Assembly (NCBI RefSeq): GCF_009914755.1
Contig: NC_060939.1
Reading direction: 5' to 3' (one strand)
Origin: the human T2T-CHM13v2.0 reference genome, Homo sapiens
DNA length: 64,000 bases
A program made the translations under genes and the position numbers. The notes beneath the pieces are model-generated. The model saw only the letters and a program-made list of their open reading frames with translations, made no database searches and had not been told where the DNA came from. Position 1 is the stretch's first letter. Each line of letters opens with the position of its first letter. Positions 40,353-54,720 of the stretch are shown here, one piece after another.

Positions 40353-40869
40353 GTTTCCAGAGAGTAACAGCGGCACGTTCAGATTCAGCATGGACTACTA
40401 CTATTATTTGAAACTACTAACAAATGGAGCTAGTAGGTATTTCTCTTGTTACAGGGGCACTGTGAAAAAGTTCCCAGACACAAAAGCACCATGAATTGAG
40501 AAAGTCCGGGAGCTTTAGGAATCTGGAGGGAGGAGGCTCTCTCCATCAGACTTCAATGTCCTCAAGCAACAGGCAAAAGGGCATCCCTGCTCTCCAAGGT
40601 CACCTTGAAGGGAGTTGCCATGACTCAGCCTTGTGTTCGACCATGCCTTCCTAGGGAAGGCCTGCAGTGGGTGTGCGTCTGTGCAGATCCATCAGCTTAA
40701 TTAATCAGTAAAGAACTTTGCTCCCCCCATTAGTCTGTGCTTCTCATTGGTAGGGCACCTTCAGTCAGGAATCTGTTTGAGTGGAGAAGTAAGGGTTTGG
40801 GTTGAGCAAAATCCCATCCCAACCCCTATCTCAACTGAGCAGAACATCCTATGAAAGAGACAGGGCAGG

Positions 40870-41050
40870 TATAATTATCTCAGTTTTTGAGATGAGAAAA
40901 CTCAGGTCCATCTGAGTCTAATGAGGTTAATGGATTTTCCCAGAGTCTCAAAGCTACTAGAGCAGAGCTGTGCCTTGACCCAAGTCTTCCATGTCTAAAC
41001 CTCCTCGCGTTATACCACAGCTGCTTAGATTTTGAGCAAGAATTAGTGCC
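40870..41050 (-). mobile_element. MIR fragment
   Basis: ttttgagatgagaaaactcagg...gaggttaatggattttcccagagtctcaaagctactagagcagagct. Confidence 0.6.
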
Positions 41051-41384
41051 CTTCCCTGCTTCAACACACACACGCAGTGGAGAAGCAAGCAGTCATTCCC
41101 CTCAAGGCAAGAACTGTCCCATATCACACCCTCCCCATACGGGCTTGTGGAATTACTTGGCTCCTGGAGCTGCCAGGCAGCCCTAAAGCATCCAAAGGAG
41201 AGAAGCTGCCACATTGTTACCCTGCTGAGGCAGCTGGGAGGCTGTCTCAAAGCCAGCCTTCACTTCCTGAAAGCTTAGTCCCCGCCCTCTAGCCCTGCTT
41301 CTACCCTAGGTCATCTCTCTCCTCTTTGCAGGAAAAATGTCTGTGGAGGGGTTCAAGGACCTGCAGGGATGCAGACCCGTGATT

Positions 41385-41553
41385 CTCTGACAGGAGCATG
41401 CGTCAGATGTGCCAGGGAAGGTGTGTTAAAGCAGAGGTCGCAGGGCCTGACCCCCAGAGTTGCCGAGGGTAGGGCCAAAGAATATGCATTTCTAACACAT
41501 TCCCAGGTGATGCTGACGCTGCTGGTTCAGGGACCACACTCGGCGATCCACCA
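41385..41553 (-). mobile_element. MER5A relic
   Basis: aagaatatgcatttctaacacattcccaggtgatgctgacgctgctggttcagggaccacact. Confidence 0.8.
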
Positions 41554-43361
41554 ACATAAAGTGACTTGTCTCTTCCCAGGATCTCACTTATTGCTCCACG
41601 CAGAGCAGAGATACTTATTGAGCAAACATTAAGGAGGGCATCTCTTGATCATCTCAAAAAAAAAAAAACGTTTCAACAGCTTCTATCATCAGCTCTGTTT
41701 TGGACCCAGTGGTAAAAGTTAAAGTCCCTGCCTTCCAGGAACGTGCAAGCTAAAGATAGACTTAATTCATGTAGACATGCATAGAAAGATAAGACTACCA
41801 TATTCAGATTATAAGAAATCCCACTGAATAAAACAAAAGGCTTACAATAGAAACTGCAAAATTCCCTGGGAAGTCTCCAAAGTTTGCACTTTTTAATTTT
41901 CAGTGATACCATCATCATGCCGTGGATCACTGTGCAGATGTTACAACTGTATTTAATCACAATTCTAAAGCCAGATTGGGCTGCTCCAACCTAATGGCAT
42001 GTGAGTCCTTGAACTGCCATCAACCGGATCTGACAGCAGGCATGGCTGCAGCAGGCAGTTACAGAAATGGGTTTAAATGTGGGTGACTCTTGGTATCAAA
42101 GAACTGTGAACTGTTCAGCTAAGCAGAGGAATCATCAGAATAATGATCATTTTTCACTCTACCCCCTCTCCCTTGCTTGTTCAAAGTAAAAAAAAAAAAA
42201 GCCCTTAATTGCTTCTTGAACTACACACAAGTGGGCCGTTGACTGTGACTGTAATTCAGCATGGAGAAGCAAGGGAAACACTAAAACCGATTTTGTTGCG
42301 GTAATGCCTTAAACGGAGAAAACACTGCAGTGGGATCAGCAGGCACAGGACGCTGTTAAGTAGAATGATACCTCCTTAAAGCACGGCTTGAGATATTGTC
42401 AGCTGTTAAAGTAATATTTAATCGTAGATGATACCAGGTGTGATCAAGGGGGAATATATTAATACAGGGGGTGTGGTGGGGGCAAGGAAAGGGTAGTGAG
42501 GGGAGAAAGATAAGGAGAGAGAACAAACAAATGATTTTAGAAGGACAGCACATTACGGGTGCCCTACCGGATTCAGGCTCCTAATGAAGAAGACATGTTT
42601 AGGGGAACTGAAGAATTGTGGATTCAGTCATTTGCCATTTACCTTGAAAGACACGTCCAGATAAATGATTACATCTTCAGAAACTTGAAGCGTTTCCTTC
42701 ATTCTCGACTATGGGTACCTAGATAGGGTTATGAACGTGAAAGGCAGAAACTGTTTTGCCCATACTGCCCTTCCATCCAAAGCCATGACCCTCTGTCTAG
42801 GTGGCACTGGCTACAGGGAACAGAAAACAGATGCCTGCAACTGAGAAGCCTACTGCCAACTACAAGCTGTTTGTAAACACTTCTCTCCATGTTTACCTAA
42901 GAAAGATGCAGGCTTTCCAAGGAAAGCCTCCTTTTGAAAAATGTGCCTTTTTATTTCTCTGTGCTGTTAGGTCCCTAAAATAAAAACTAATGCCCATAAT
43001 TCTTTATAAGTCTCCCATCTCACTCCATCCAGAAGCATCTCTTCTTCCCTTAGATGTTTTTTCAACTACCTTACAAAGGTAGCGCTTCCATTTCTGTACC
43101 CTCACATGCAGGCCTGCCCTCTTGCCTGAATATTCTACTTCTTCTGTACCAGCAGAGAGTAGGGTGAAGGCCCACCACTTTTGTCTTCTGTTCTCCGCAT
43201 AGTGGCTATGTTACATCCTCAATGACACTGAACTGTAACCTTGCTTGCAAAACAAACCTCGGTGAAGAGAGCAAGCACTCTTGTACTGGAAAAAGCCTGA
43301 TACCTACTTCTTAGTGAAGTAACCACTGGATAATAAGAAAAAAGTAGCTGGTAGTAATTAA

Positions 43362-43860
<499 letters not shown>

Positions 43861-44019
43861 TAAGGAGATTGCAAAAGTCATAGTAACAGTGGTAAAGTCA
43901 TGCTTTGAATCCACATTTCTCTGACTTTGGTGTAAAAGCTCTTATACTCTATTAATGGCCAGAAACTGTACCACAACCAGGGCACAGCCTACACAGGGAC
44001 AATTTGAAGGAGGGTATGG

Positions 44020-44085
44020 CTATCTATCTATCTATCTATCCATCCACCCACCCACCCACCTACCTACCTACCTGCCTACCTATCT
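44020..44085. repeat. Compound tetranucleotide repeat (TCTA)(TCCA)(CCCA)(CCTA)
   Basis: ctatctatctatctatctatccatccacccacccacccacctacctacctacctgcctacctatct. Confidence 0.9.
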
Positions 44086-45064
44086 CATGGAATCAGGGGC
44101 TTAAATGTCTGCCACATATTGGACAATGATCTGATTGTTCTAATATACTATTTCTAAACTTTATAACAGCTCTACAAGGTCCACTCTTTAATCCTCATTT
44201 AAGAAATAAGAAAACCCAGAGTCCATATGAATGAATAACTTACCTACCTTTCCACAAGTGGTAGGTACAAGTGATTAAATGACTAAGTCCACATGCCTCC
44301 CACTCTGCCTTCTTAGCTTCACGTGCCCAAAACTCCCTTACTAACCAATTACAGACTTATTACCATCCTCCTCCTAATTTCCCAAAAGAAAAAAAAAAGT
44401 ACTAGCTCTAATCTACGACTATTACAAGACCATCCTCTTGCATATCTTATCTTTGTGAGCATCAGAAATGATGCCACCAATTCATTTAGACAGTGCCTTC
44501 AAATTCTCATATAAAAGGTACTTACTATTTAAAAAATGGAAATGTATAACAGTGATACTATTAATAGATCAATTAAGGAGATTTAAATCACTTATTTCAT
44601 TGCCAGATCGTAGACACAGTACTATACTATTCATTGAGTTTATAAAGCTTTCTCCATGACATAAGCCTGACTTTATTCCCCTGATGGCATGATATGCTCT
44701 CTCACTCTTAACCAGTCACAGTCCCACTCCCATCACCAAGTATCGTGCAAGGATTTCAAGGGTCTCTTAATAGTAGCTACGTCGACTAGTTCATCTCCTA
44801 CTGATTTACCTACTCAGTTTCAGAGGAATTAGGTAAAAAATGCATAACTCCATTGGCATTGTTGAATTTTTTTCTAAACTCTTGTGATAGGGATGGAAAA
44901 AAAGGACAGAGATAGAGCATCAGTTAGCAAATATTTACTGAGAAGGTATAATGTGCTCTGCTCTGAGGCACTGGATACCCAGCAGAATAACCCTTGCCCT
45001 TATCCACAATGAGCTGGCTAGGGAGTTTTACACGAGCTTTACATTTGCTCGCCTGGGCACTCTT

Positions 45065-45285
45065 GGGTGGTGGTGGTGAAGAGCTCGTGTTTTGAATTAG
45101 ACCTGGTTTGAAACCTGGTTTTGTGGCTTTATTTCCTGTGCGACCATGAGCAAGTTACTTAAGCTCTTAAGGGCTCAGTTTCTGTCTTTGTAATGGAGAT
45201 CATAATACTCATAATAGGATGGGAAGAAGTAGCAAATCCTGTATATAAAGAGGCCAGCATGTGCCCAGCACACAGTAAGGATTAT
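45065..45285 (+). mobile_element. MIR SINE
   Basis: ttagacctggtttgaaacctgg...ctgtgcgaccatgagcaagttacttaagctct...ctcagtttctgtctttgtaatggag. Confidence 0.8.
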
Positions 45286-45399
45286 GGGAATCAAGGACCT
45301 AGCACACAGTTGAACAGAAGAGAGCTGGTTCATGGGAGCTGCTTCTCAGGTAGCTCAGGAAGCTGTTGAGTTATTCAGAGCTTCCCTCTCTTATTTATT

Positions 45400-45750
45400 C
45401 AGGGCTTCGCGCTCTTTTCCTTGGTTGCCAACTCCCCACTTCCCTACCTCCAAACCCCATGCAAATTTCACCTGGTTAACCTTTATTCATCCTTTAGTCT
45501 AATCTAAACCTCCATTCCCTTTTCGTCCTGAAATTCCCACCTGATCACAAAAGCACCTAAGCTTACCCATATCTTTGCACCTGTCACTCGCCTTTGAGAG
45601 TTCCTATTTTCTTGCCTATACCCCCTGCCAGAGTGAGAAACTAGAGGGCAGGACCATGTGTCAGCACTATGTCCCCAGCTCCTGGTACAATAATGGACAG
45701 TAGCAGGTGTTCAATAATCATTTGTTTAGAAGGCGAATGGATGAATGCAA
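45400..45750 (+). mobile_element. L2 3' fragment
   Basis: gagggcaggaccatgtgtc...tccccagctcctggtacaa...cagtagcaggtgttcaataatcatttgtt...gaatggatgaatg. Confidence 0.65.
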
Positions 45751-46778
45751 ATAGATACCATTTCCAAACCTGCATAGATCTGGCCTTAATAAAAAGGGCA
45801 TGGCTCAAATGCGGCATCAAATTCTGCTGCCCCATCTTGTGCCTGGTATCATTAAATCTCCAGATAAGAAGGAGGAATGGCTGCAGTGTCACTTTGAGGC
45901 CTTTCTACCATGACGTCAGCTGCTCGTCCTGCACACAGTGGGTATAGAGTACGTTACATGGCTTAGCTGGCTCTTTCTTAATAAGATCATTGTTGCTAGA
46001 TATGGGTGTGAATGTGGATGCAGTTCAGATGTTTATACCAACGACTGGCATAAATAAACGAGGAAAGAATTCAGGTCGGCCCAATCATTAGTAACAGTAT
46101 CTTCTTGCTCTCCTGGGAGCTGTTTCAGATTTTGGCTTCATCCTCACCCCTACATAAAGAGACAAGGATGGGATTGCAGCTTCTAGAATTACAACCATTT
46201 TGTCAACTTGTCATTTGACTCACTGTCTGGCCGGTGCCTCTCCCTCTGGGTCCAGAGACATTTTGCACAGGAAGAAAGCAATAAAGTGAAGTCACAGGGC
46301 CGACGAATTCTCCAATCTTCAAAGTACCTCGTTCTGCCCCACAGTACATACATATTTCTGGTAAGCGCCATGGAGAGCCTCACATCTGTTACCTCCTGCA
46401 CCGCTGGGAATCAAAGCATTTATCCCCATGAGATGTTTTCTAAAGGCCTGAGGGCACTGGGCCATTTTATCCTCCCTCCCTTGGAGAGAGCTTCTCTGAC
46501 TACATGAAAATACCTGAAAAGGCTAACTTTGTCTGTTCCTTATTGCCTTAAAAATAAGAGTACTCTTAACCTTTAGGGATTTATATTTGGAAGAGGGAAA
46601 TGAACTAGATACAGCTTATAAAAAGGCAGGAAAGTGAGTCATTTTTTAAATTGTTTACAAGCTTGGGACCAAAAAATATACATATTTGCAGATCTTTGAA
46701 TATACACTGGTCTTATTTCCCCGTGTATATTATTCCTTTTCTCTACTATCTTTATGCTTTTCAAAGAAAACTAAGTGG

Positions 46779-47089
<311 letters not shown>

Positions 47090-47371
47090 CTAAGTGGAAC
47101 CTATACAGCAAGTGCTAGACACCTAGTTGATTATTCGAATAACTAGGATTTACAACCATTAATTAGTAAAAATTAGCCCTGGGAAATAATAATAACTAGA
47201 ATTCTAGAAAGCTGGGAAACAGCCCATATTTAGGGTTTCGGCTTTACTACTTACTAATCATTTCCAAAACATGGGGATACTACACAGTCACCTCACAGGT
47301 TTACTGTGACAATCATATGTAAAAATAATTTTGTAAAGTGCTGTACTTCTTAGTAGTGACAGGTCTTTCTA

Positions 47372-47917
<546 letters not shown>

Positions 47918-50686
47918 CAGTTCTTCATTGGGACTGAAGGAGAAAGGCCAATGGGGTTGCTCTTTCACAGAAAGAGTTATATCAACATGTTTTTTTAGAT
48001 GCTAAATCATGTTTATAATTAAATTGGTTATTTCTTTAGATTTCTTTTCTCTAGGACATTCTAGGATTCTAAGAGAAGAGATAAAATACGAATAATTGAT
48101 TTGATCTGTTTAATACTGAGAAAGAATTGGAGAGTGTTGTCCTCAGTAGAAGCTTAGAAAGCTTCTAAAGAAGGAGAGGCTGGATGAATTCCCCAAGATG
48201 ACATACTAAAAAATAGAACCAGGCTGGGATGGAAGGGCTCCTGACTCCTCCTTCAGTGCTCTATGCTAAACAAAACCTTCCTTTTCGCCTTTCCACATGA
48301 AGCCCACATCTGAGACCACAAAAGCGTCCCTCTCAAAAAGGTGTGGAATTGTTGTGAAAGCTGTGCCTGGAGGACAAGGGCTGCGCCTGACTGTTCACTG
48401 CAGGATTCTTTCTCTTGTGCCTCCACAGTAGGCAAGCAGGACTGATGTTCCGTTGTCCCGAGGCTGACACGGCTTCCCTCTCCCAGCCTGAAAGCATCCA
48501 AATGGGTCACACTGGCTTCACTAATAGTGACCATGTTATTAAAATTCCAGGCAGAATCCAAAGTGCAAGATTAAGATTACAAAACGCCTAGTTCCGGTAG
48601 GGATCAGAGAAAAGAGGAGACCCATTCCTTTAGATGATCTGGGCCAAGAGGTAGCAGTTCCTTCATACAAAGCCATCTATACCTATGGACTTTTTGGAAT
48701 GGGGTAATTAATTCCTTAGTCCCTCTGAATCTGAGGCTGAAATCTCTCCATGTTCAGAAGCCTAACATATTTCACAAAATCCTCTGGTGCAGGAAAAGCC
48801 CAATTTAAACAGACCCAAATAACCCCAGAATACACTGTTGCCGACTCCACATCTGTTGCTGTGTTTGTTCATCTGGAAAGGATTCTGTAGTTCTCAGGCA
48901 CTAAAGGGGAAAATTAGGAAAGGGAAAAAAAAGCCCCCTCAGCTCACACTTCCACCCACTTCTCCAAGCACCTTCTCCCTTACGGAAAATTGCTCTTCCC
49001 AGAAAAAATCAAATAGAGTCAGCCTCTTCAAGCAAAACAAACAGAAGATGGAATACGTAGGCTTCTCTTGTTTATCAAGTCTAAAAGCATGAGGAAAACA
49101 GAGGGAGAACATAAAAGGAGGGGAAAAAAGGAGTCCTTTCTGGTTGGCTTCAGAATAATATGAAGAAAGCACAAACAAACCCTGAGCCACTCATGCGCAG
49201 AAAGCTCTGTCTCCACCCCTTTAGGGTTGAACCAACATTTAAGGCCCAAGAGTTAGCTGGGTAAGAGGTTGGTAAGGGACTTCCTACCATGGAGATTATT
49301 CCCTTACAGGTAACGTGAAGTGAGAGACATAAGAATATTGAAGGGAGCTCTCTCACCTCAGACTGGCTCCAAGAGGGGCTATCGATGCCACTCCCCTAAC
49401 TCGAATTTTCTGTCAAGCCTCTCAGAGATGGTGAACAAATCATTTCCTCTCTCTGTTTGAGAGTGCTCTCATCTGTTTGGTTCTTTGGGAAAGCACAAGA
49501 TTCTTCTAGATCCCATTAACCATGCTTGATGAGAAGTCCATCTGCCTGGACATTCACCCACCATGTCAGGAAAATAAAAACCTAGGTAGCAACTGTACAG
49601 ATTCTAAGTCAAAAAAGATAGAGCAAATTGCATACCCTCTCTAGGAAAAGCAAACCACTGACTTTCTGAGGTCTTTTGTTTAAGCCCAAAGATAATTACA
49701 AGAGATGGATAATTTATTTGACCTTTTTCAGAGGTACCTAAATATAGGAAATAGTTAACACTTTCCTGTGGGACTTGCTATATCTTCTTAGAAGCGAAGG
49801 AATATCTCTATGTATGTCTCTGTCTCATTTCCTAAATTTCAACTATTCTATTGCCAGTTTGAGTTCTCTTGGCAGAATCTTCAAGTGTTCTCAGTAACAG
49901 ATGCCTGGAGGAGAGGGATGCTATGAGTTCTGAAACAGAGCAATGCACAGAACCGGGGAAGCAGCTGCTCCGCTCTAGTCACTGTGTATACAACTTCACC
50001 AAAAGTGTTTAGGAAACAGATCATTCTGGAACCTATACCACCTATTCAAAATTCAGGCCCTTTCAGTTCTACCCATCCTTTTTTTTTTTTTTTTTCTTTC
50101 CTATGCTGTTTGTTTTCTGCCATGAGCTTTAGCAATCTGTTTATGTTGTGAGTGTGTGTGTATTTGTGTGTGTTTCCCTCTCCAGCCTGGCTGAATTATC
50201 CCCAAGTGACTCTTAATCCTCAACCATAATTCCCAGTGATTGCACTGACATGATAACGGGGGAGCCCATTTTCCTCCCACCCCTCCTCACTCCCTCCCCC
50301 CTTGTTGCTAAGCTCAGCCAAGGATGCTCTAGGGAGCTGTTCATTTAAAAGAGGAAGTTCACAGCAGGGTCACCAGGCTTTTAAACAGAGAGAGAGGTTG
50401 CCCAGGGTAAGAAGAGAGCTCAAAGTCACAAACCCTTTCCTTTGTCCTGTGACCCCAGCATGTGGGGACATCAGTCCCAAGTCGTCACTCTTTCTGAGGC
50501 CACTGACATCCCCACAGCATACCTGGCTGGGCACTGTGACTAGCAGAGGTCTGGACTGGGAATCAGAAGGCCAGCACCTACCCTGAGCTAGCTGTTTCAT
50601 GGTGGGAAAGTGACCTGCCCACTCTTGCCCTCAATTTCCACAATCACAAAAATGGGCTGGACAGATCTGGCTGGCTGATGAATCAA

Positions 50687-50873
50687 GCGGTACTTCTCAC
50701 ATTTCACTATGCACAGTCATCATCCGAAGACCTTGTTATAACAGACTCGTGGGCCCGCCTGAAAAGGTTTTAATTCAGTAGGTTGGGGCCAGGGCCTGAG
50801 GATCTGCATTTCTAACATGCTCCCTGGTGATGCTGATGCTGCAGGTCTGAGGACCACACTTTGAGAACCACTG
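50687..50873 (-). mobile_element. MER5A relic
   Basis: tctgcatttctaacatgctccctggtgatgctgatgctgcaggtctgaggaccacactttgagaaccactg. Confidence 0.88.
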
Positions 50874-51999
50874 ATCCATGGCCCCTTTCACTCCTTACAT
50901 CCCACTGCTCTATTCCCAGGATGGCACAAGAGCAGTCAGAACTATTTGGCCCTGGTCATGTGAAAAATTCCCCAAAGGACTACAAAAGTCACAGGCCTCT
51001 CCCACACTTAAATAGTTTTGTTTTTCCATGCCCCCAGCATCCACTCACTTATATGCAAAGACAAGCAGCATAGATATGGAGTGAGGAGAACTACTGGCTT
51101 AACTTTAAGTTGCCAACAGTTGCTACCCCTGGGAGGCCATTTGCAGTTATAAAACAGAAACAAGTTGAAATAGCAAAATAGGAATAAGAATGAATTATAT
51201 AGGCTCCTCTTGCCTAGGTTGCTATGCTGGGTCATAGTTTGTCAACTGCACAAGTCACCTGGAACAGTGCAATGTAAATTTGGTAGTCTCACACATTGTG
51301 TAAAGAGGTATAAAAAATAACTCCAAAGCAATAGGAAAAGAAGTACTATCATGCAGACCTTCAGATATTTACCTTGTTCCCCGCTCTATAATCCTTTTCA
51401 AACTGCAAAACCAGAAACCTTTCTGCCATTTGGCAATCTGACTATCATCCATCAAATATTTACAAATTCCTGCATACGTCCATGATCACAGAGTTATCTG
51501 GCCTGGTGCGAAAGAGCAAAAGCACTGGGCTGGGGATGCTGGGATTATGTCTGAGAAGGAATTCTGGTTCTAAGCTCCTGCTTTCAGATGCCAAAGTATT
51601 TTGACCGATCTGAAATTCTAATTATTTAACTGCGATAGTTTATGCTAAGGCATAGTTGTAAATGAGAACTTAATGAACTCAGAGTAATGTCACTAGGCCA
51701 GAGTTCTCAGCCCCTCTACCTGTTTGAAAATCTTTGCTATATTGAGTCACTGCTACTAAGAATATTATATGCATCAGAGGAACTAAAATCAAATAAATAT
51801 TAAGAACCACTGCACAGGGACAAATAAAATTTTGAGTCAAAATTTTACTCTTTAACTTAAAATTTGATTTGGCCGCTTTAGAGATTGCCAAATGGAATGG
51901 GAGCCAGATAAGGGGTCCTTTCCCAAAAGTTCTAAAAAAGTTTTTTTTTTTTCTCTAAATTTCCCAATAGCTTTTAAAAAATCTGTATTTCTTTGAATT

Positions 52000-52495
52000 G
52001 GGGGCTAGCAAACTATGGCCCACTGCCTATTTTTTTTAAATAAAGTTTTATTGGAAAACAGCCAAACTCATTTGTTTACGTATTATCTATGGCACTTCTA
52101 TTGTACAACAGCAGAGCTGAGGAGTTCCTACAAAAAGCATATGGGCAGGGTGCGGTGGTTCACGCCTGGAATCTCAATGCTTTTGTAGGCCAAGGCGGAA
52201 GGATGGCTTGAGTCCAGGAGTTTGAGACCAGCTTGGGCAACACAGCAAGTCCCATCTCTACAAAAAATTTAAAAATTGGCCAGCCATGGCAGTGTGGCCT
52301 GTAGTCCTAGCTACTCAAGAGGCTGAGGTGGGAGGCTTGCCTGAGCCCAGGATTTTGAGGTCACAGTGAGCTATGATTGCACCTGGGTGACAGAATAAGA
52401 CCCTGTCTCCAAAACAAAAACAAAACAAAACAAAAAGTGAGCATATGACTTGCTTAAAATATTTACTATCTAGCCCTACACAGAAAAAATACTGG
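52000..52495 (+). mobile_element. MER58A relic split by an AluJ
   Basis: gcaaactatggccc...aaataaagttttattggaaaacagcc...tcatttgtttacgtatt [Alu] aaaatatttactatctagccctacacagaaaaa. Confidence 0.8.
52143..52436 (+). mobile_element. AluJ
   Basis: gcttgagtccaggagtttgagaccagc, tgagcccagga, gtgagctatgattgc; (AAAAC)n tail. Confidence 0.92.
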
Positions 52496-53564
52496 TTTAA
52501 ATAACAGAAAGGAAATAATGACAACACTTACACTTAAAGATGTGATGTATAACATGTATACTCCAACCAATTACCAGATAAATTAATTACAAACCTGTTG
52601 GATCAATCCTGTCAAGCCAATGTCAGAACCCACTCCTTTTTCCTGGCTCTCAGCAGTGTCTTCAAATGCAAAGTCATAATGCTTTGAAATTCACTCAGCT
52701 GTTTTAACAAACTTTTGAGAGCCTATTCTATTCAAAGTGCTAAAATCAATTTAAGTACTGAAAATTTATACATACCCATATCCACCAAAAACTAAAAGCA
52801 GAGCCATACTAATCACGAATTTCTGCATGTGATTTCAGTCATATAAAAACAACATATGAGGAAGGGGACAAATGAGGTCTTGAGAAGCCATAAGTCTGCA
52901 GTTGGCAGATAAAATGCCATCTCAGATAATCACATTCAATTGTCACTAATGTTAATATATGTTGCTAACAGTCGAGCTTGCACACCAGAGGTTAGCTTTA
53001 CTGCCCATGTGCAGATGTTTGCAATACTGAATCTCTGCCATAACCCTGTGGGAATGGCATTTTTTATGTGTTCTGCAGTGAATTTATGGCCAGGGAGCCA
53101 TAAATGTTATAGTTCTTTAAACCTTTTGCTTTTGGAGATTGTCACAGTGCTTGAAAAGTAGAGAGACACAGATGTCTTCTGTTAGCAAGTCATTTCTCGA
53201 TGTGCTCAGGGATACGGCCTACGCCAGCTCCTAAAGTTCCAGTCATCTGTGTTATCAATGCTACACAGTTTGAAACCCCACTCTTGACTTGGTTCAATTC
53301 GGATCTACAGAGGGTTATCAAGGCCTGAATGTCCCAGGTGCTGGGCTAGGCTCTGAGACAAGGCCCTTGACCTCAAGGCACTCACATGTTGGCCAGAGTG
53401 ACAGGTCATCTATGAAATATGACATGGTTAGTGTCAAAACAGAGCTCGAGAACAGACCCATCAGAGAGGGCGAAATGACAACCTGTGGAAGTCTGCTCGC
53501 AGGAGAGGCCATATGCCTGTACAAAGTCTTGAAGGGCCAGTGCAAGATATGTAAGCAAAGAAAA

Positions 53565-54720
53565 GTGTGTGCATGTGTGTGTCTCTGTGTTTGTGTTTGC
53601 CTCTAAGTGTGTGTGCATGTGTTGTTCATGCAAGAAAAACTGCACAAAGCCACAGCTGCAAGAAACGGGATGATTTGTTCCAGAATGCACATGTAGTTTG
53701 GTACTAAAGAAGCAAAAAGCGGTGGGGGATGGGGCGACAGGAGACATACAGCTGTAGAGACTGGAAAGACTGTGGGCTTAGCAGAGAGGTAGGCAGATCT
53801 TGATTCAAATTCTGGCTCTATCACCTACAGGTAGTGTAACCTCAAGTAACTTGCCAAATCCCATAAACCTCATGTCCTCATCAGTAAACAGAACCTCAGA
53901 GGATTAATACGAAGGTGAAGGGAGGCATGGCTGGGTCTGAGAGCAAAATGGGCTAGTAAACTAGTAAACTAACAACGAAGCCACCAGGGAAGAAAAACAC
54001 TCATTCTGTACAGCAAGAAAAGGTCTTCCATTTTCTTTAAAAAATTCTATCTAAAGTCTCCTCCATCATCACTGAATAATGATGGAAGAAGCCATTTAAA
54101 AGAGGAACTGAAAAGCACAGCCAAACCTCTAAAATCTCCCAATCACCCATGTCATCACCATGCAGGTGAGAAACACTGCTAGGGAGACTGTGAATCACAA
54201 ATACGATTGACACTGTTCAAAACGGTAGCCTCCTAAACATCTGCCCCAGTGTCTACACCCAACACCAGCTCTGTTTGCTACATGTGCCCCCAGAACCATT
54301 GGGAGTGTAAAACAGACCCCCTGAAGTAACACAAAACCCACTTCTGACATACCAGGAGCCATACAACACATGCAAAGTTTCTTTCAAGATAAATGAATCA
54401 GCACCTCAAGCATAACAAAAGGAATGAATTTTCTGTTAACTGGGCTTTTCCAGTTTCTCTTAGAGATAATAAAAAGCTCCCAGTGAATATGAGTAAATCC
54501 CCCTACTGTAGAAAAAAGTCCAAGATAAGTGGCCACCCTTCCTCAAAGCCTGCCTTAGTTTTATGTGAGAGGGAATTCCACAGAAGAACAGAGACCTTGC
54601 TAACTTGGGAAAACATCCTGTTTCTCACAGATGTAGCTTTGTTCATTGCTTTTTCTTGCATGAACAATACACATATACACATGTGCACATACATGCACAC
54701 AAACATGCATATATATACAC
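53565..54720. repeat. Non-Alu imperfect inverted repeat (arms ~53565-53683 and ~54605-54720)
   Basis: 18/18 match 53622-53639 vs revcomp 54650-54667; 26/32 match 53641-53672 vs revcomp 54614-54645; TG-rich vs CA-rich outer flanks. Confidence 0.85.
53755..53920 (+). mobile_element. MIR fragment
   Basis: ggcagatcttgattcaaattctggctctatcacctac..gtgtaacctcaagtaacttgcc...cctcatgtcctcatcagtaaa. Confidence 0.65.

Noticed and set aside
51121-51146. CTCF-like TGGCCTCCCAGGGGTAGCA on the minus strand
   Set aside because: Spacing is off by one and the core GGC is broken; poor match
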